A DNA stretch of 53,415 nucleotides from an uncultured Candidatus Saccharibacteria bacterium (GCA_964570115.1 CAZMWH010000001.1:1-53415), one strand, 5' to 3'. Shown: positions 18,251 through 29,059, counted from the first letter of the stretch. Notes: a model not told the origin generated them from the sequence alone. Program-made: numbers and translations.

Positions 18251-20151
18251 TTTAAACTTTTCCTTTCTTTAATTTTTTCTTGAACTAATTTAATAATTTC
18301 CTCCGCGCCAACTTCCGCCGCTTTCCCCGGATTATAAACCGTTTTCTCTCGAAGTTCAACAATCGACTTTCGATATTTTTCCGGATTTTTTAGAACCCTA
18401 GAAACAACCTTATCAATTTCCTTAACGTCCTTCAATTTAACGACTTCCCCAATTTTCTCCCGCCCCCAAATATTTATTGGCTCAACGTTAATTTTTTCAT
18501 ATTCCGGATTCATGATCTTCGGCGGTGTGTCGATAGAAATTACCGGCTTCTCCGTCGTAAACGCATACTCAAACCCAATACTCGACCAGTCGCCAATTAA
18601 AACATCAGCCTCAAACACCGAACTCGTCTTCGAGAAGTCCGTCTGGATTTCTATGTTCGTCCCCTCATATTTTTCCTTCATTTTCTCGAACATATCTTTC
18701 TGATGTCGAACCTGTTGCGGGTGCGGACGAACAATCACGTTATAATTTTTACCTTCCAGCGCTTTTAAGACCTTGTCTAAACATAAATCAATAATATTAT
18801 CTTTCTGCCAGCTCGGCGCGATCATAATCGTCTTTGTCTTGCCTGATTTCTTCTTTAGTTTCTTATAATCAGAAATCATATCGTCGAGCAGGGCATACCC
18901 CCATTTAACGACTTTTTTAATCTTTGTCCGATAAACCGCTCTCGTCTCTTCAACTTCCTCGAACTGATGCTCGCCCGTCGTAAACACAACGTCAAAATTA
19001 TCCATCGACCCCCGCCTCATCGTCATATTCGAACTATCTATTCCGTGCGGAATAAACACATACGCCGTATGCTTGTCGATATAACTGCGCTTAATATGAT
19101 AATTGTCAATATCCGGCATCGTCATCACCACAACGTCCGCCTCCATCTTCATCATCAGCGTAATTAACTTTTTCTCCTCAATATAATACGCTTTAATGTG
19201 GCTGTTTTCTTTCGCCCGCTGAAAAATCTCGTCGTTAAAATCGCTCGTAATATAATGAATTGTCAGGTTCGTGTTCTCTAAAATATATTCAATCATTCCC
19301 TTATAATATTTATAGAACCCGTTGCTCTCCGAATAAAATACCAGTTTCTTGTTTGCGACCGAGAAAAACCTTTTATAATCCGCTTTCTCCTTCCTAATCA
19401 TTTCCGGCGTTCGTTTATGCGACTTCGATAAATCTTCGAGTTCCTTTAGTTCTTTCCTCGACTCTTCGAGTTCTTTATAATTAACGTGTTTCTTTGGGTT
19501 AATCGCCTTGTTTAATAAATATTGTTGTAAAATCGCGAACAAATTACTCGCCGTCCAATACAGCGCCACTCCCGCCGTCACGAACGTCCCAAGATAGACC
19601 GAAAGCCCAACCGAAAAAATCAGCATCCCCCACTTGTTTGCCCTCGACTGCTCCGCCTGTAAAACGTTCATAATATTCTGCCCAATACACAGCGCCAGCG
19701 CCCCCAGCCCCGCGATCACCGGAATTAGCCAAGCTACTCCGCCGTTTTCTACTGCAACCCATCTCAAATCAAACCCTAAAAATCCAAAGTTAATTTCGCT
19801 TACCCCTAGATAAAGTTCTGGATTTTTAACAATCTCGACTACTCCAAGTAGCAGCACAATTTGCGCGACTAAAGGAACTAAACTCGCCAGCGGATTATAT
19901 TTATATTTCTTATAAATCTTCGTCTCTTCTTCCGCAATTGTATCCTTGTCTCCAAAATACTTCGTCTTCAGCCGGTTTATCTCCGGTTGCATTTTTACCA
20001 TCTTAATCGAGTTCTTCTGCACCCAAATCGAAATCGGCAACAGTATCAACTTGCTAACTAACGTAAACAAAATAATCGAAACTCCATAGTTCGGAATAAT
20101 TCCGTAACAGAATTTCATAATTACCCCTAGAAACTTCGCAAAGATTTCCAT
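18247..20151 (-). CDS. YidC/Oxa1 insertase domain fused to CDP-glycerol glycerophosphotransferase-like domain
   Basis: N-term NYGVSIILFTL..KLILLP, MQPEIN, GVALYWTASN; C-term FIPHG, APSW, VRPHPQ, ADVLIGDWSSIGFEYAF..KPVI. Confidence 0.85.
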   Translation of the reverse strand: MEIFAKFLGVIMKFCYGIIPNYGVSIILFTLVSKLILLPISIWVQKNSIKMVKMQPEINRLKTKYFGDKDTIAEEETKIYKKYKYNPLASLVPLVAQIVLLLGVVEIVKNPELYLGVSEINFGFLGFDLRWVAVENGGVAWLIPVIAGLGALALCIGQNIMNVLQAEQSRANKWGMLIFSVGLSVYLGTFVTAGVALYWTASNLFAILQQYLLNKAINPKKHVNYKELEESRKELKELEDLSKSHKRTPEMIRKEKADYKRFFSVANKKLVFYSESNGFYKYYKGMIEYILENTNLTIHYITSDFNDEIFQRAKENSHIKAYYIEEKKLITLMMKMEADVVVMTMPDIDNYHIKRSYIDKHTAYVFIPHGIDSSNMTMRRGSMDNFDVVFTTGEHQFEEVEETRAVYRTKIKKVVKWGYALLDDMISDYKKLKKKSGKTKTIMIAPSWQKDNIIDLCLDKVLKALEGKNYNVIVRPHPQQVRHQKDMFEKMKEKYEGTNIEIQTDFSKTSSVFEADVLIGDWSSIGFEYAFTTEKPVISIDTPPKIMNPEYEKINVEPINIWGREKIGEVVKLKDVKEIDKVVSRVLKNPEKYRKSIVELREKTVYNPGKAAEVGAEEIIKLVQEKIKERKSLK

Positions 20152-21791
20152 TATAAATTAAACTCCCTTCCGGTTTCAACGAGCGCCGTAGCGTCCCACG
20201 CCTTCCCCTTTAATTCATATTCTACCATATGTTCCTCATGGTTAAAACCATTATAAATATATCGCCTCACCCGTCCGTCCTCTGGGACTTCCTTAAAAAT
20301 CTCTTCTGAGTTCTTTCCATCAAGTAGCTCAACAAACGCCTCTGCCAAATCTTCATACGAAATCTGTTTTTTCGATTCTATCATCTCGCTATGCGTTTCG
20401 CCTTTTCCTTTAATATACAGAATCGGGTTTTGTCTGTTCGTCCCTTCAAACCAAAATCCGTGGTCAGCTAAAATTACAATCGTCGAATTATCATAAACTC
20501 CGTTCGCTTTCAACCTCTCCAAATATTTCTTAATAATCTTCATCGTTGCGACTAATTTTTCCGGATATGTCCCGCTCTCGTCAGGGATTAACTGAACGTC
20601 CTCGTCAACATCATACGGAACGTGTCCGCCCTCAAGATGGATATATTTAAACATCTTCTCGTTCGTTTTCTCGACCGGCTGTTCGAGCGTCGTATTATAA
20701 TAATAGACGTCGCCCCAGCCATAAGAATCATATTCGTCGCGTCTCTGCGCCCAATTAAAGTTCATTGATTGGATGCTCGAAAATCTTTTCAAAGGATATG
20801 GGAAAAACTTAAACATTAAATATTTCAGTTCTTGTTTAAAGAAAGTCCCGAGTTTAACATTTTTCTCAATCGAATCGACATTATCGAACTCTAGCGCCTT
20901 CCTGCTTCGCCAAACAAAATCCACATTATAAATATTACGATTAAAGTTCTTTTCCGCTAATTTATTAAAGAGTGGGGAATTATCAAACGCTTCCGTCGAA
21001 TACTCAGCAAACGGCTTCTCGTTCTCGTACCACTTTCCCGAAAAAATAAACGGAACCGAATCTCTCGTGAACGCATATCCCGAAACCGTATCCGGAAAAT
21101 AAGAAAAATCCCTAAAAGTTTTTTGATATTCTTCGTCGCTCTGAACAACTTTATTAAAATGTGTCGAATCGACCGCGTCAACTAGAAAAATGAAAAAGTT
21201 TTCGTTCGTCGAAGCTGTGTTTAGATTTTTAACTGTCGAAGACGCTAAAATCTCTTTCGCTTCTAAAACCGGCGTCGTTAAAAACGTCGACAGCAGCGAG
21301 ACCCCGAGCATCGCCACAATCGCTAGATTGACATAAGAAACAATCTTGACGCTTTTTTCTAGCTTTACTTTCTTAACTAAAATTATAATTCCGACAAGAC
21401 AAAGGAGTAAAACTAAAATCGACAAAAAATTCGGTAAAAATCCCGAATAGTCTATCGTCTCCCCGTCTAGGCTCGGTAAAAACCCCGCGAGATAATTACT
21501 ATGAATATAAAAAACAATAAATCCGTAGCTCACGATTAGAAGGCTTAAATAATAAAGTTTTTCTTTCTTTAGTTTCTTCGCAATAAGATAAACAACTAAA
21601 AACCCTCCCATCATTCCGGCGAACAAAATCAAGAAAAACAGTCCCGTCGGTCTAATCAACGTATAAAAATCAAACCAAAAATCGTTCGTGTTGTTCGCGT
21701 ACATCGTTATCGGTTCAAAAACAAACGTCATAAACGCCACCGCAAACGCTAAAATAATTGCCGGTAAAAACTTTTTAATTTCTTTTTTCAC
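20151..21791 (-). CDS. Membrane protein with alkaline-phosphatase/sulfatase (LtaS-like) domain
   Basis: About 5 TM helices, then FLVDAVDS, T(RDS) candidate nucleophile, HLEGGHVPY, YDNSTIVILADHG; GGAGG SD and GTG start. Confidence 0.82.
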   Translation of the reverse strand: MKKEIKKFLPAIILAFAVAFMTFVFEPITMYANNTNDFWFDFYTLIRPTGLFFLILFAGMMGGFLVVYLIAKKLKKEKLYYLSLLIVSYGFIVFYIHSNYLAGFLPSLDGETIDYSGFLPNFLSILVLLLCLVGIIILVKKVKLEKSVKIVSYVNLAIVAMLGVSLLSTFLTTPVLEAKEILASSTVKNLNTASTNENFFIFLVDAVDSTHFNKVVQSDEEYQKTFRDFSYFPDTVSGYAFTRDSVPFIFSGKWYENEKPFAEYSTEAFDNSPLFNKLAEKNFNRNIYNVDFVWRSRKALEFDNVDSIEKNVKLGTFFKQELKYLMFKFFPYPLKRFSSIQSMNFNWAQRRDEYDSYGWGDVYYYNTTLEQPVEKTNEKMFKYIHLEGGHVPYDVDEDVQLIPDESGTYPEKLVATMKIIKKYLERLKANGVYDNSTIVILADHGFWFEGTNRQNPILYIKGKGETHSEMIESKKQISYEDLAEAFVELLDGKNSEEIFKEVPEDGRVRRYIYNGFNHEEHMVEYELKGKAWDATALVETGREFNL

Positions 21792-21831
21792 AAAACCTCC
21801 AACTATTTATATAATATTACACTTTTCTCTC

Positions 21832-23460
21832 TTATCTGTCAAAAGTTTGCCCCGTCTCCTTTAACGTCGAAATGTCCCACGCTTTCCCCGTCTGGACATA
21901 TTCTATCATGTGGTCTTCCTCTTTAAACGGATTATGAATAATATATCTGTCTCTCCCCTCGGTTCCGATCTCCTTAAAAAGCTCGCTCGATTTTTCCCCG
22001 TCCAACAAATCATCAAATGCGCTTTCCGTCAAATCAGGATACCAAACCGCCTTGTCCGAAACATAAAGCTCATGCTCTTCGTTTATCCCCTTAATATATA
22101 AAATCGGATCCGGATTCACCGGCCAGCGATACCCATGGTCGGCCATCACCATGATCACCGAATTATCATAAATCCCCGCCTTCTTAATCCTCTCAATATA
22201 AGCGTGAATAATCTTTAGTGTCGCCTGACATTTTTGCTCGTACGTCCCGCCCTCAATCTCGTTCAAATCTTCATCCAAGTCAAATGGAACGTGCGCTCCC
22301 TCTAAATGCAGGAACTGAAATCGCTTTTTGTTGCTCAGCTCAATTTCATTATCAGTAATATTTTCATAATTCTCAATGTCTCCCCAATTAAAGTTGTCCT
22401 TTTCTTCCTTAACCTGCGTCGCAATAAAATCTAGCCCCTCGATTTTTGAAAACTTCTTTAACGGGAAGGGAAGATATTTAAACAATAAATATTTCGCCTC
22501 TTGTTTTATAAACTTAACATTATCAACCGCCTTAATATGACTGACGATATTTTTGAACTCTAGCGCCTTCTCACTTTCCCAAACAAAATCTTCGTCATAA
22601 AAAGTCCGCTCATATCCTTCCGCCTCTAAACGTTTAAAGAACTCTGAACTATCATAAGCGTCCGTCGAATAAGTCGTAAAATCAACTTCGTTCCTATTCC
22701 ACTTGCCTGAAAAAATAAACGGAATCGAATCGCGCGTCAGCCGATACGCCCCAACCGTGTCCGGATAATAGCTAAAATCCCTGAACGTTTCCTTATATAG
22801 CAGCTCGTCTTTAAGCAAATCAGAAAACGTTTTCGAATCAACCGCGTCAACCAAAAGGATTAAAAAGTTTTTGTCCGAAGAATAAACGTTAATCTCGTCC
22901 GCCGTCGCGTATGTTGCGAGCGGTTTACTCTTTAATATGTCCGTCGTAAATAAAGTCGTTATTCCCGAAACAAACATCATCAAAAAAATTACTATCGTTG
23001 CATATTTTACAACGTCAAAAATTTTTTCCGTCTTTAACTTCCTAACTCCAACAACCGTCGCGACAATAATTATTAAACATATAAAAACCGAAACGATATT
23101 CATTACTTTAAATCCGCCCCAGTCTATCGCCTCTCCGTTTAACGAGGGAAGTGCGCCCGACAGAAAGTTCCCGTGAATATATAAAATTAAAAACAAATCA
23201 AACAAAACCACCGTCGGAATTAAAAAGATTAGTTCTTTCTTTAGCTTCCGCCCGATTAAAAATAAGCCAAAAAATACTCCGCCAAGCCCAAAGGCTAAAA
23301 CAATGAACATTATCAAGGACGGTTTTATCATTGTTGAAAAATCAAACCAAAAATCATTTACATTTCCCGAATAAAGCACAATCGGCTCAAAAATGAATAA
23401 CATAAAACTAAACGTAAAAATCAAAACCAGGCTCGGTAAAAATTGCTTAAAACTCTTCAC
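21832..23460 (-). CDS. Paralogous membrane sulfatase/LtaS-like protein
   Basis: Same motifs LLVDAVDS, TRDSIP, HLEGAHVPF, MADHG; GTG 23460 start aligns with the paralog N-terminus. Confidence 0.82.
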   Translation of the reverse strand: MKSFKQFLPSLVLIFTFSFMLFIFEPIVLYSGNVNDFWFDFSTMIKPSLIMFIVLAFGLGGVFFGLFLIGRKLKKELIFLIPTVVLFDLFLILYIHGNFLSGALPSLNGEAIDWGGFKVMNIVSVFICLIIIVATVVGVRKLKTEKIFDVVKYATIVIFLMMFVSGITTLFTTDILKSKPLATYATADEINVYSSDKNFLILLVDAVDSKTFSDLLKDELLYKETFRDFSYYPDTVGAYRLTRDSIPFIFSGKWNRNEVDFTTYSTDAYDSSEFFKRLEAEGYERTFYDEDFVWESEKALEFKNIVSHIKAVDNVKFIKQEAKYLLFKYLPFPLKKFSKIEGLDFIATQVKEEKDNFNWGDIENYENITDNEIELSNKKRFQFLHLEGAHVPFDLDEDLNEIEGGTYEQKCQATLKIIHAYIERIKKAGIYDNSVIMVMADHGYRWPVNPDPILYIKGINEEHELYVSDKAVWYPDLTESAFDDLLDGEKSSELFKEIGTEGRDRYIIHNPFKEEDHMIEYVQTGKAWDISTLKETGQTFDR

Positions 23461-23498
23461 AACATAACGATTATACCACAATATGATAAAATATAGAT

Positions 23499-24650
23499 AT
23501 GGCAAAAACTGTCCTCCTCATCCGTAATACCGCCCCCGAAAATTACGGCGGCGCCGAAACCTATCAGCTCGAGCTGGCTAAACTTCTCAGTCAGCACGAT
23601 TTTTCTCCCGTCATCATTACTTCCTCGAAAAAACTGCTCTCCTCCGCGAAAAAAAATCATCTAAAATCCGTTTCTGCCCCGTTTAATAAAACTCAAAATT
23701 GGTCTGGTCTTCGTAATCTTCTCTTGCCCGCCTACTTTTTATGGGAGCTAAAACTCTATTTTTGGTATAAAAAGCTTTTTATTAGGTTAAACCCGTCCGT
23801 CGTCAATATCCAGTCTCGCGACGATTGGCTCGCTGCTACCCTCGCCGCAAAAAAACTTAACATTCGTATTCTCTGGACTGACCACATGGACTTCCGCAGC
23901 TGGGTTTTAACGAACGTCAATAAAAAGTTTAAAAACCCAATCGGAAAATATCTTCTAAAGCTCGCCCGGATTCCCGAAAAAATAATTATGATTAGCGATT
24001 TCGAGGCGAACGCTTTTAAAAATCTAGTCTCCCCCTGTAAGTTTCCGAATCTAACAATCATTAAAAACGGCGCCAACGATTTTTATAACGACTATAAGAA
24101 AATCTCTCCCGCTAAAAACTCTTTTTGCTATCTCGGACGCTTAGTCGACTATAAGGGAATAGTCGAGCTAATTTCCGCCTTTAAAGCGGTCTCAAAAGAT
24201 TTTCCGAGCGCAACTCTGAACCTCTATGGTTCTGGAACCGAGCAGGATCTCAAAAAATATAAACTCCTAGCCGAGGAGAACCCGAATATTATTTTCTGCG
24301 GGTTTACGAACGACCCGCTAGAAGCCCTCGCTAAAAACGAGATTTTTCTTCTCCCAAGCTACCGCGAAGGTCTTAGTCTTTCGCTCCTCGACGCAATTAT
24401 GATGAAAAAAGTCATTATCGTCTCAAACGTCGACGGCAACCCCGAAGTTATCATCGATAAAAAAACTGGTCTTCTCGTCCCGCCAAAAGATATAAAATCA
24501 CTCGAGCGCGCAATGCGCGAACTTCTTAAAAATCCAGATTTAAGAAAAACTCTTTCGGAAAACGCCCGCGATTTCTACGAAACGAATTTTAACTTTTCTA
24601 AAATCTTTGAGGAAAAGATGCTTCCGTTATATAATAATACTAAGGATTAA
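23499..24650 (+). CDS. GT4 glycosyltransferase
   Basis: YGGAE, GRLVDYKG, PSYREGLSLSLLDA, GNPEVI. Confidence 0.9.
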   Translation: MAKTVLLIRNTAPENYGGAETYQLELAKLLSQHDFSPVIITSSKKLLSSAKKNHLKSVSAPFNKTQNWSGLRNLLLPAYFLWELKLYFWYKKLFIRLNPSVVNIQSRDDWLAATLAAKKLNIRILWTDHMDFRSWVLTNVNKKFKNPIGKYLLKLARIPEKIIMISDFEANAFKNLVSPCKFPNLTIIKNGANDFYNDYKKISPAKNSFCYLGRLVDYKGIVELISAFKAVSKDFPSATLNLYGSGTEQDLKKYKLLAEENPNIIFCGFTNDPLEALAKNEIFLLPSYREGLSLSLLDAIMMKKVIIVSNVDGNPEVIIDKKTGLLVPPKDIKSLERAMRELLKNPDLRKTLSENARDFYETNFNFSKIFEEKMLPLYNNTKD

Positions 24651-24662
24651 AAGGGAGTTTTT

Positions 24663-25664
24663 ATGAAAATCTTACTAACCGGCGGAACTGGCTATATCGG
24701 TTCCCATACCGCCGTTGAACTAATCAAAAAAGGCTACGAAGTCGATCTGCTCGACAATCTTTTCAACTCAAAACTCTCCGTCCTCGACCAAATCGAAAAA
24801 ATAACCGGGAAAAAACCAAACTTTTTTAAAGTTGATTTGCTCGAAAAAGAAAAACTCCTCGAAGTTCTAAAAGCCGGGAATTACGATTTAGTTATTCATT
24901 TTGCTGGGCTTAAAGCCGTCGGCGAATCCGTCGAAAAACCTCTAAAATACTACGAAAATAACGTCTCCGGGACGATAAACCTCCTTAACGCAATGGACTC
25001 CGTCGGCGTTAAAAAGTTAATTTTCTCCTCCTCCGCAACCGTCTATGGCACACAATCCGTTAAAGAGTTTACCGAAGATTTACAAACCGGCGTCGGCATT
25101 ACAAACCCCTACGGAAAAACAAAATATATGATTGAAGAAATCATTAAAGATTTTTCCGTCGCCGTCCCCGATTTTTCCGCAATAATTCTTCGTTATTTTA
25201 ACCCCGTCGGCGCCGACCCTTCCGGTCTTCTCGGCGAAGATCCAAACGACCGCCCGAACAATCTAATGCCAATCATTATGAAAGTTTCGACCGGTGAAAT
25301 CCCGCTCCTAAAAGTTTATGGTAATGATTATCCAACTCCCGATGGAACCGGAATTCGCGACTATATCCACGTTTCCGACCTCGCTCTCGGTCATATCGCC
25401 GCCATCACTGCTCTTGCTCCTGGCGTAAAAGTTTATAATCTCGGAACCGGAAAGGGAACGAGCGTCCTCGAAATGATTTCCGCTTTCGAAACCGCGAGCG
25501 GGAAAAAGTTGCCCTTCGAGTTCGCCCCTCGTCGCCCTGGCGACGTCCCAGAAATGTATGCTAGTCCCAAAAAGGCAGAAACCGAGCTAAATTGGAAAGC
25601 TTTCCGAACTGTCGCCGACGCAATGAAAGACACAATAAACTATTTAAATAATTATGGAAAATAA
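24663..25664 (+). CDS. galE: UDP-glucose 4-epimerase
   Basis: TGGTGYIGSHT, HFAGLKAVGES, FSSSATVYG, YGKTK, LRYFNPVGA, RDYIHV. Confidence 0.97.
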   Translation: MKILLTGGTGYIGSHTAVELIKKGYEVDLLDNLFNSKLSVLDQIEKITGKKPNFFKVDLLEKEKLLEVLKAGNYDLVIHFAGLKAVGESVEKPLKYYENNVSGTINLLNAMDSVGVKKLIFSSSATVYGTQSVKEFTEDLQTGVGITNPYGKTKYMIEEIIKDFSVAVPDFSAIILRYFNPVGADPSGLLGEDPNDRPNNLMPIIMKVSTGEIPLLKVYGNDYPTPDGTGIRDYIHVSDLALGHIAAITALAPGVKVYNLGTGKGTSVLEMISAFETASGKKLPFEFAPRRPGDVPEMYASPKKAETELNWKAFRTVADAMKDTINYLNNYGK

Positions 25665-26598
25665 TCTCCCCCTCATCTCCCTCATCATTCCCGTTTATAA
25701 TGTAGAACCGTATCTCTCCTCCTGTCTCGATAGCATCATAAACCAATCCTATCAAAACCTAGAAATAATCCTCGTAAACGACGGTTCTACCGATGGTTCT
25801 CGTTTCCTCTGTGAACAATACAAACAAAAAGACTCCCGTATTATTCTCATCAACCAAAAAAACCAAGGTCTCTCCTCCGCTCGTAATACCGGCATCAACT
25901 CCGCTACCGGTAAATACCTTTCCTTTATCGACTCCGATGATGAAGTTAAGAAGGATTATGTAAAGAAACTTTACTCCGCTCTCAAAAAATCCTCCGCCAA
26001 CATTTCCGTCTGTGGTTATAACGAAACCGTCCCGAAGCTAGAAACCCTTTCCGGAACCGCCGCGACAGTCCGCCTCTTGACGCATCAAGAAAACCTTGAC
26101 CTTCTCGCCTGGAACAAACTTTATAAAAAAGATTTATTCGTTAAAAATAAAATCTTCTACCCCGTCGGCAAAGTCCACGAAGATAATCTAACAACGTATA
26201 AACTCTATTCCAAAGCAGAAAAAGTTGCTTTCGTCCCCGAGTCGCTTTATGTTTATCGTGAGCGAAAGGGAAGCATCACTAAGAACTCTCAAAAAGAAGC
26301 CCATTTAAAAATCCGCGAACTCTCCGCTCGCGAAGCGCTCGACTTTTTCAAGGGAAACGAAACTTTAACCGCCGCCGCCGAAATCTCCCTTCTTCTCGCT
26401 CAATTTGCCTGGCTCGATAATGCCTTGAAAAACACCGTCCCAAAAAAATATGAGTCTAAAACTCTGCTTTGGCTAAAAACCCATCAAAAATCTTATTATA
26501 AAAACCAGTTCCTCACTAAAAAACTAAAACTCTACCTCCTACTCTCGACAAACTTCTCCGGAAAGCCCTATAAACTTTTCCGTAAACTAAAACCCTAA
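25654..26598 (+). CDS. GT2 glycosyltransferase
   Basis: IIPVYNVE, NDGSTD, GLSSARN, FIDSDD, WNKLY, HED. Confidence 0.93.
   Translation: MENNLPLISLIIPVYNVEPYLSSCLDSIINQSYQNLEIILVNDGSTDGSRFLCEQYKQKDSRIILINQKNQGLSSARNTGINSATGKYLSFIDSDDEVKKDYVKKLYSALKKSSANISVCGYNETVPKLETLSGTAATVRLLTHQENLDLLAWNKLYKKDLFVKNKIFYPVGKVHEDNLTTYKLYSKAEKVAFVPESLYVYRERKGSITKNSQKEAHLKIRELSAREALDFFKGNETLTAAAEISLLLAQFAWLDNALKNTVPKKYESKTLLWLKTHQKSYYKNQFLTKKLKLYLLLSTNFSGKPYKLFRKLKP
25668..25964 (+). repeat. 297-bp perfect direct repeat, copy 1
   Basis: Identical by base comparison to 29060-29356. Confidence 0.93.
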
Positions 26599-27371
26599 TC
26601 ACCCCAAAGCTGTAAATATTTATCCGAAACTTCTTTTGGGTCGCCGTCCGCTAAGATTTTCCCATCTTCGATTAAAATTGCTCGATCGCAAAACTTTTTC
26701 ACGTTGCTCATCGTATGTGTAACTAGAATAACCGTCTGCTCTCCGCGTAGCGATTCAAAATATTTATTACATTTTTTCTGGAACTCTGCGTCTCCAACGG
26801 CTAAAACTTCGTCCAAAAGCAAAATGTCACCTTTTGCCCGAATTGCAATCGAAAACGCCAGTCGAACTTGCATCCCGCTCGAATAATTTTTCAGTTTCTG
26901 GTCTTGGAATTGTTCTAGCTCGGCAAATTTCCAAATCTCATCATACATCTTATCCATCTCGTCGTTAGAAAACCCAAGCAGTGCCCCGTTTAAATAAACA
27001 TTTTCTCGCCCAGTCAGTTCCGGATTAAACCCAACCCCAAGTTCAATAAACGGAACCAGGTTTCCGTCAATTGTAATTTTTCCTTTTTCCGGATAATAAA
27101 TCCCCGCTAGAATTTTTAGCAACGTTGACTTTCCGCTTCCGTTGCGCCCAATAATCCCAACAAACTCCCCCTTCTTAATTTTTAGGTCTAACCCTTTTAG
27201 AACTTTCTGTTCTTTGTAGCCTTTAACTCCCCTTATCCGGTTAAAAATCGCCTGCTTAAGCCCCCACGCTCTCTCCGTCGGTAGCTTAAAACTTTTATGA
27301 AGACCCTGAACAACAATCGCGTCTTCGCCGTCCGACTTTATTTCCGTTCTAGTTCCTAATTGCTTTTCCAT
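26595..27371 (-). CDS. wzt: Polysaccharide ABC exporter ATPase (Wzt/TagH family)
   Basis: GRNGSGKST, GFNPELTGREN, YSSGMQVRLAF, LLLDEVLAVGD. Confidence 0.93.
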   Translation of the reverse strand: MEKQLGTRTEIKSDGEDAIVVQGLHKSFKLPTERAWGLKQAIFNRIRGVKGYKEQKVLKGLDLKIKKGEFVGIIGRNGSGKSTLLKILAGIYYPEKGKITIDGNLVPFIELGVGFNPELTGRENVYLNGALLGFSNDEMDKMYDEIWKFAELEQFQDQKLKNYSSGMQVRLAFSIAIRAKGDILLLDEVLAVGDAEFQKKCNKYFESLRGEQTVILVTHTMSNVKKFCDRAILIEDGKILADGDPKEVSDKYLQLWGD

Positions 27372-28183
27372 TAAACCTCCTCCGCGAAGAACTTCGACTT
27401 CTTTCTAAAGATAACCGCCCCAACCACCAAAACGCCTAAAACCAGAATAATCGGAATAATCGCCGCGGCTTGATTTTGGAAAAAGTTCCAAATCGTAACC
27501 GTCTCGGTCGTTATCAAATTAAATCGAATGTCTTGAATTGCCTGTGCGATCGGATTTAGAAGAATAATTTTTGCTGCTAACTCGCTCGAACTCGCAACCA
27601 TCGTAATCGGATAAATAATCGGCACCGCGTAAAACAGAGCTTGAACTAAAACGTCCCAAATCGACGTAATGTCGCGATATTTTACATTTATTGCGCCGAG
27701 CAGTAGCGCCAACCCGAGCGATAATAAATATAACTCAAAAATCGCCGGAAAAACCAAAAGCCAAGACAAACTCGGCTCAACCCCGTTTATCAGCGCAAAA
27801 ATCATCACGACGACTAAGTTAACCAGCATATTTATTACGGCAGTCAGCGTCGCCGAAACCACCACGATATATTTCGGGAAACTAATTTTTCTCAATAAAT
27901 CTCCCCTCTGGACAATCGCCTGAATCCCTTGGCTCGTGCATTCTGTAAAAAAACTCCACATCGTCGTCCCCGCCAAAAGATAAACCGGATAATGCGGAAT
28001 ATTATTGCCAATTTTTAGTAATTTTGCGAACACAATATATAAAATCGCAAACATCAAGAGCGGTCTTAAAAGCGCCCAAAGATACCCCAAAACCGAACCT
28101 TGATATCGAAGTTTAAAATCCGTCTTCGTCAGTTCTTTTAAAAGGATTCTGTTCCGTCTATTTAAAACTCTCGGAATACTCAT
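27371..28183 (-). CDS. wzm: Polysaccharide ABC exporter permease (Wzm/TagG family)
   Basis: DFKLRYQGSVLGYLWALLRPL, YRDI, PIIYP, LNP, FAEEV. Confidence 0.93.
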   Translation of the reverse strand: MSIPRVLNRRNRILLKELTKTDFKLRYQGSVLGYLWALLRPLLMFAILYIVFAKLLKIGNNIPHYPVYLLAGTTMWSFFTECTSQGIQAIVQRGDLLRKISFPKYIVVVSATLTAVINMLVNLVVVMIFALINGVEPSLSWLLVFPAIFELYLLSLGLALLLGAINVKYRDITSIWDVLVQALFYAVPIIYPITMVASSSELAAKIILLNPIAQAIQDIRFNLITTETVTIWNFFQNQAAAIIPIILVLGVLVVGAVIFRKKSKFFAEEV

Positions 28184-28237
28184 AACACTCTCTATTTTAC
28201 CATATATTCTATAAAAGTTTTATGCTATAATTTTCCT

Positions 28238-29059
28238 ATGAAGGATTCTTCTCCTCTTGTTTCTATTATTATCCCCGTCTATAATACCGGCTCTTCCGCA
28301 AAAGCTCTAATAAAAAGCCTCCTAAAAGACTCATATAAAAATCTCGAGATTATTGCTGTTGATGACGGCTCAACCGACGATTCTCTCGCTCTCCTAAAAT
28401 CTCTTTCCGATCCTCGCTTGATAATAAAATCAAAAGAAAACGGCGGCGCCTCTAGCGCCCGCAATCTCGGACTCTCTCTTTCAAAAGGGAAATACCTTCT
28501 CTTTATCGACTCCGACGACGAAGTTTCTCCCGCGTTTATCTCCCGCCTAGTAAAAGAGGCCGAAGCCCCTAAAGTTTCTCTTTGCGTTTCCGGAATTCGC
28601 TATAAAAAACTCAATAAAAACCTCGAAACTCTCGACGGAATAAAACCGTTTTTTAAAAAGAAAAACGAGTCAACAAAATCTCTCGTCCTTCGCAGTCTTC
28701 TGACCGACGGGCGGATGTATGCCGTTTTTAATAAGATTTTTCAGTCTAAAGTCATAAAATCTAACTCAATAAGATTTGACGAGTCTTTAAACTTCGCCGA
28801 AGATACTAAATTCGTCCTCGACTATCTAAAATTTGCTAAGGGTGAAATTAAGTTTATTTTAGAACCTCTTTATATTTATAATTTTGGAACCGAAACTAGC
28901 ACCATAAAAAAATCCGGTAAAATCTGGAACAACTGGCAAACTAGTTTTAAAAATCTAAAACAATGGGTCGGTAAATCCCCGACTCTTCGCGAAAAATTCT
29001 TGCTTCTCTTAATTCATTGTCGCTGGTATGTTTCTTATAGGAGGTCTAAAAATGTCTAA
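28238..29059 (+). CDS. GT2 glycosyltransferase
   Basis: VSIIIPVYN, DDGSTD, GASSARN, FIDSDD, AEDTKF. Confidence 0.92.
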   Translation: MKDSSPLVSIIIPVYNTGSSAKALIKSLLKDSYKNLEIIAVDDGSTDDSLALLKSLSDPRLIIKSKENGGASSARNLGLSLSKGKYLLFIDSDDEVSPAFISRLVKEAEAPKVSLCVSGIRYKKLNKNLETLDGIKPFFKKKNESTKSLVLRSLLTDGRMYAVFNKIFQSKVIKSNSIRFDESLNFAEDTKFVLDYLKFAKGEIKFILEPLYIYNFGTETSTIKKSGKIWNNWQTSFKNLKQWVGKSPTLREKFLLLLIHCRWYVSYRRSKNV

